From Marsupella aquatica (lineage: Eukaryota > Plantae > Marchantiophyta), in contig OZ316894.1 in assembly GCA_973895155.1 (NCBI GenBank), positions 27,075,422-27,139,421 of the forward strand: 64,000 nucleotides of DNA, written 5' to 3'. Below, one piece after another: positions 62,746 to 64,000 of this stretch (position 1 is the first letter of the stretch; every line of letters starts with the position of its first letter). Position numbers and translations under genes: made by a program. The notes below the pieces were generated by a model. That model saw only the letters and a list, made by a program, of their open reading frames with translations. It was not told where the DNA came from and searched no databases.

Positions 62746-63879
62746 CATGAGAAAACATACCAAGGAGAGAGAAAGAGTAAAAGTGAGGAAAAGATATCAA
62801 AGTGAGAAAACTAAGTGAATAGTTTAGCTACTCATTTGCTAAACTAACAACAATAAGTTCAGCAGTTAATTGGCAAGGGAGTCCACCCTACAATTTAGCT
62901 GGTTGCAGTCAAACTGGAGTTTGGACTTTGAATGCCATAAACTTACATTCCACCATGGGTGAGTGCAATGTGTGTATTTAGGCAAAGCTCAGATAATTGA
63001 AGGGAATGGGCTTACTCCCCTCTTTTATAGGGGGAGTGACACTTATTTCACTGACAGTTTACATAAGACTGCAAGATGGGCATCACTAGAAATGGAAAAT
63101 TAGTAAGAAATCATTAGTAAACCCTAAACCCTAAACTTTCTACAGTAGTTGATTCTAAGTGTGTTAATTTATATATATAGTGCACGTTGCACATATTGGT
63201 GAGAGGCAGCCAGGGGTGAAGTCTCAATGTGTGATCACATGTAGGGTCTGTTGAGGGGAATCTAACATTTTGGATACTTAGACCAGTACTGTCAAAGAAC
63301 TCACACTCCCCTGCTGTAAATTAAGCCGACATTGCTCCAAAGCAGAGACAAACTTTCTAAGTTCATTGATCTACAAAACTCTCCCCACATTGAGACCTTA
63401 CTAAAATAGAAAACGAGGAAGAAGTACATTTAAGAAAACTAAGGACCAATTTCCTGAAAAAGGCCAAACAAAGTACAATGGAGTAAAGCAAATTATAGAG
63501 ATAAACTAAACCCTAAACCCTAAACTTTACCCTCAGCTTAAGTGATTTAGAAAGGAAATGCAAACACAGCAAAGGTTAATTAAATCAATTATTTTGAGCT
63601 CAATTTATTAATTGTTATCAGTAACAAAATGATGAAAAATAACTGCAAGAAAGAAGCAACAATGGGTACTAGATAGAGGACAAGGTTCACATGTGGTCCC
63701 AATAGGTTTTTGCCCACAGGAAGGTCCCATTTGTTTAATATGTTCCGTTAGCTTACATACATCTAATGAGGGTCCAAATGGAAATGAATCACTCTACCAA
63801 AGAACAAAATGAGCCAAATCTGTGGATGAGACCCAATAAAGGGGAGAAGGGACAGGATCCCAATTACATGACCCCCCAA

Positions 63880-63980
63880 AACGGGGAGAAGCTGATACAG
63901 GATCTCAACTAAATGAGACACACAAGAGGGGAGAAGAGACAGAGGATCTCAACTAAATGAGACACACAAAAGGGGAGAAA
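63880..63980. repeat. ~46-bp tandem repeat
   Basis: ggggagaag...aggatctcaactaaatgagacacaca occurs twice. Confidence 0.75.
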
Positions 63981-64000
63981 ACCAGAGAAATACCATTTGA

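Noticed and set aside
63119-63525. True telomere or chromosome end
   Set aside because: Only 2-3 repeat units embedded in other sequence.

Overview
Repeat-rich land-plant nuclear DNA (plant-type TTTAGGG motifs, GT-AG introns; the TE and gene mix suggests a bryophyte, which is inference). From left to right it contains: the 3' half of a non-chromoviral Ty3/gypsy element with a large extra ORF after pol; a degenerate L1-type LINE; a two-exon Crinkler-like REase+kinase gene with a partial upstream duplicate; an orphan RNase H exon; a 5'-truncated, frameshifted organellar IleRS pseudogene; a telomere-like satellite array holding a very young, intact Ty1/copia element (identical 197-bp LTRs, AATAC TSD); several Helitron 3' ends; and minisatellites. 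The most notable signal is one TE-associated protein domain present three times: in the gypsy extra ORF, in a degenerate copy at 40.3-42.6 kb, and at 52.8-54.0 kb. The third copy is spliced in frame to a canonical telobox (TRF-like) Myb domain, in a region strewn with telomere-like repeats. All comparisons were made by eye; no database searches were run.
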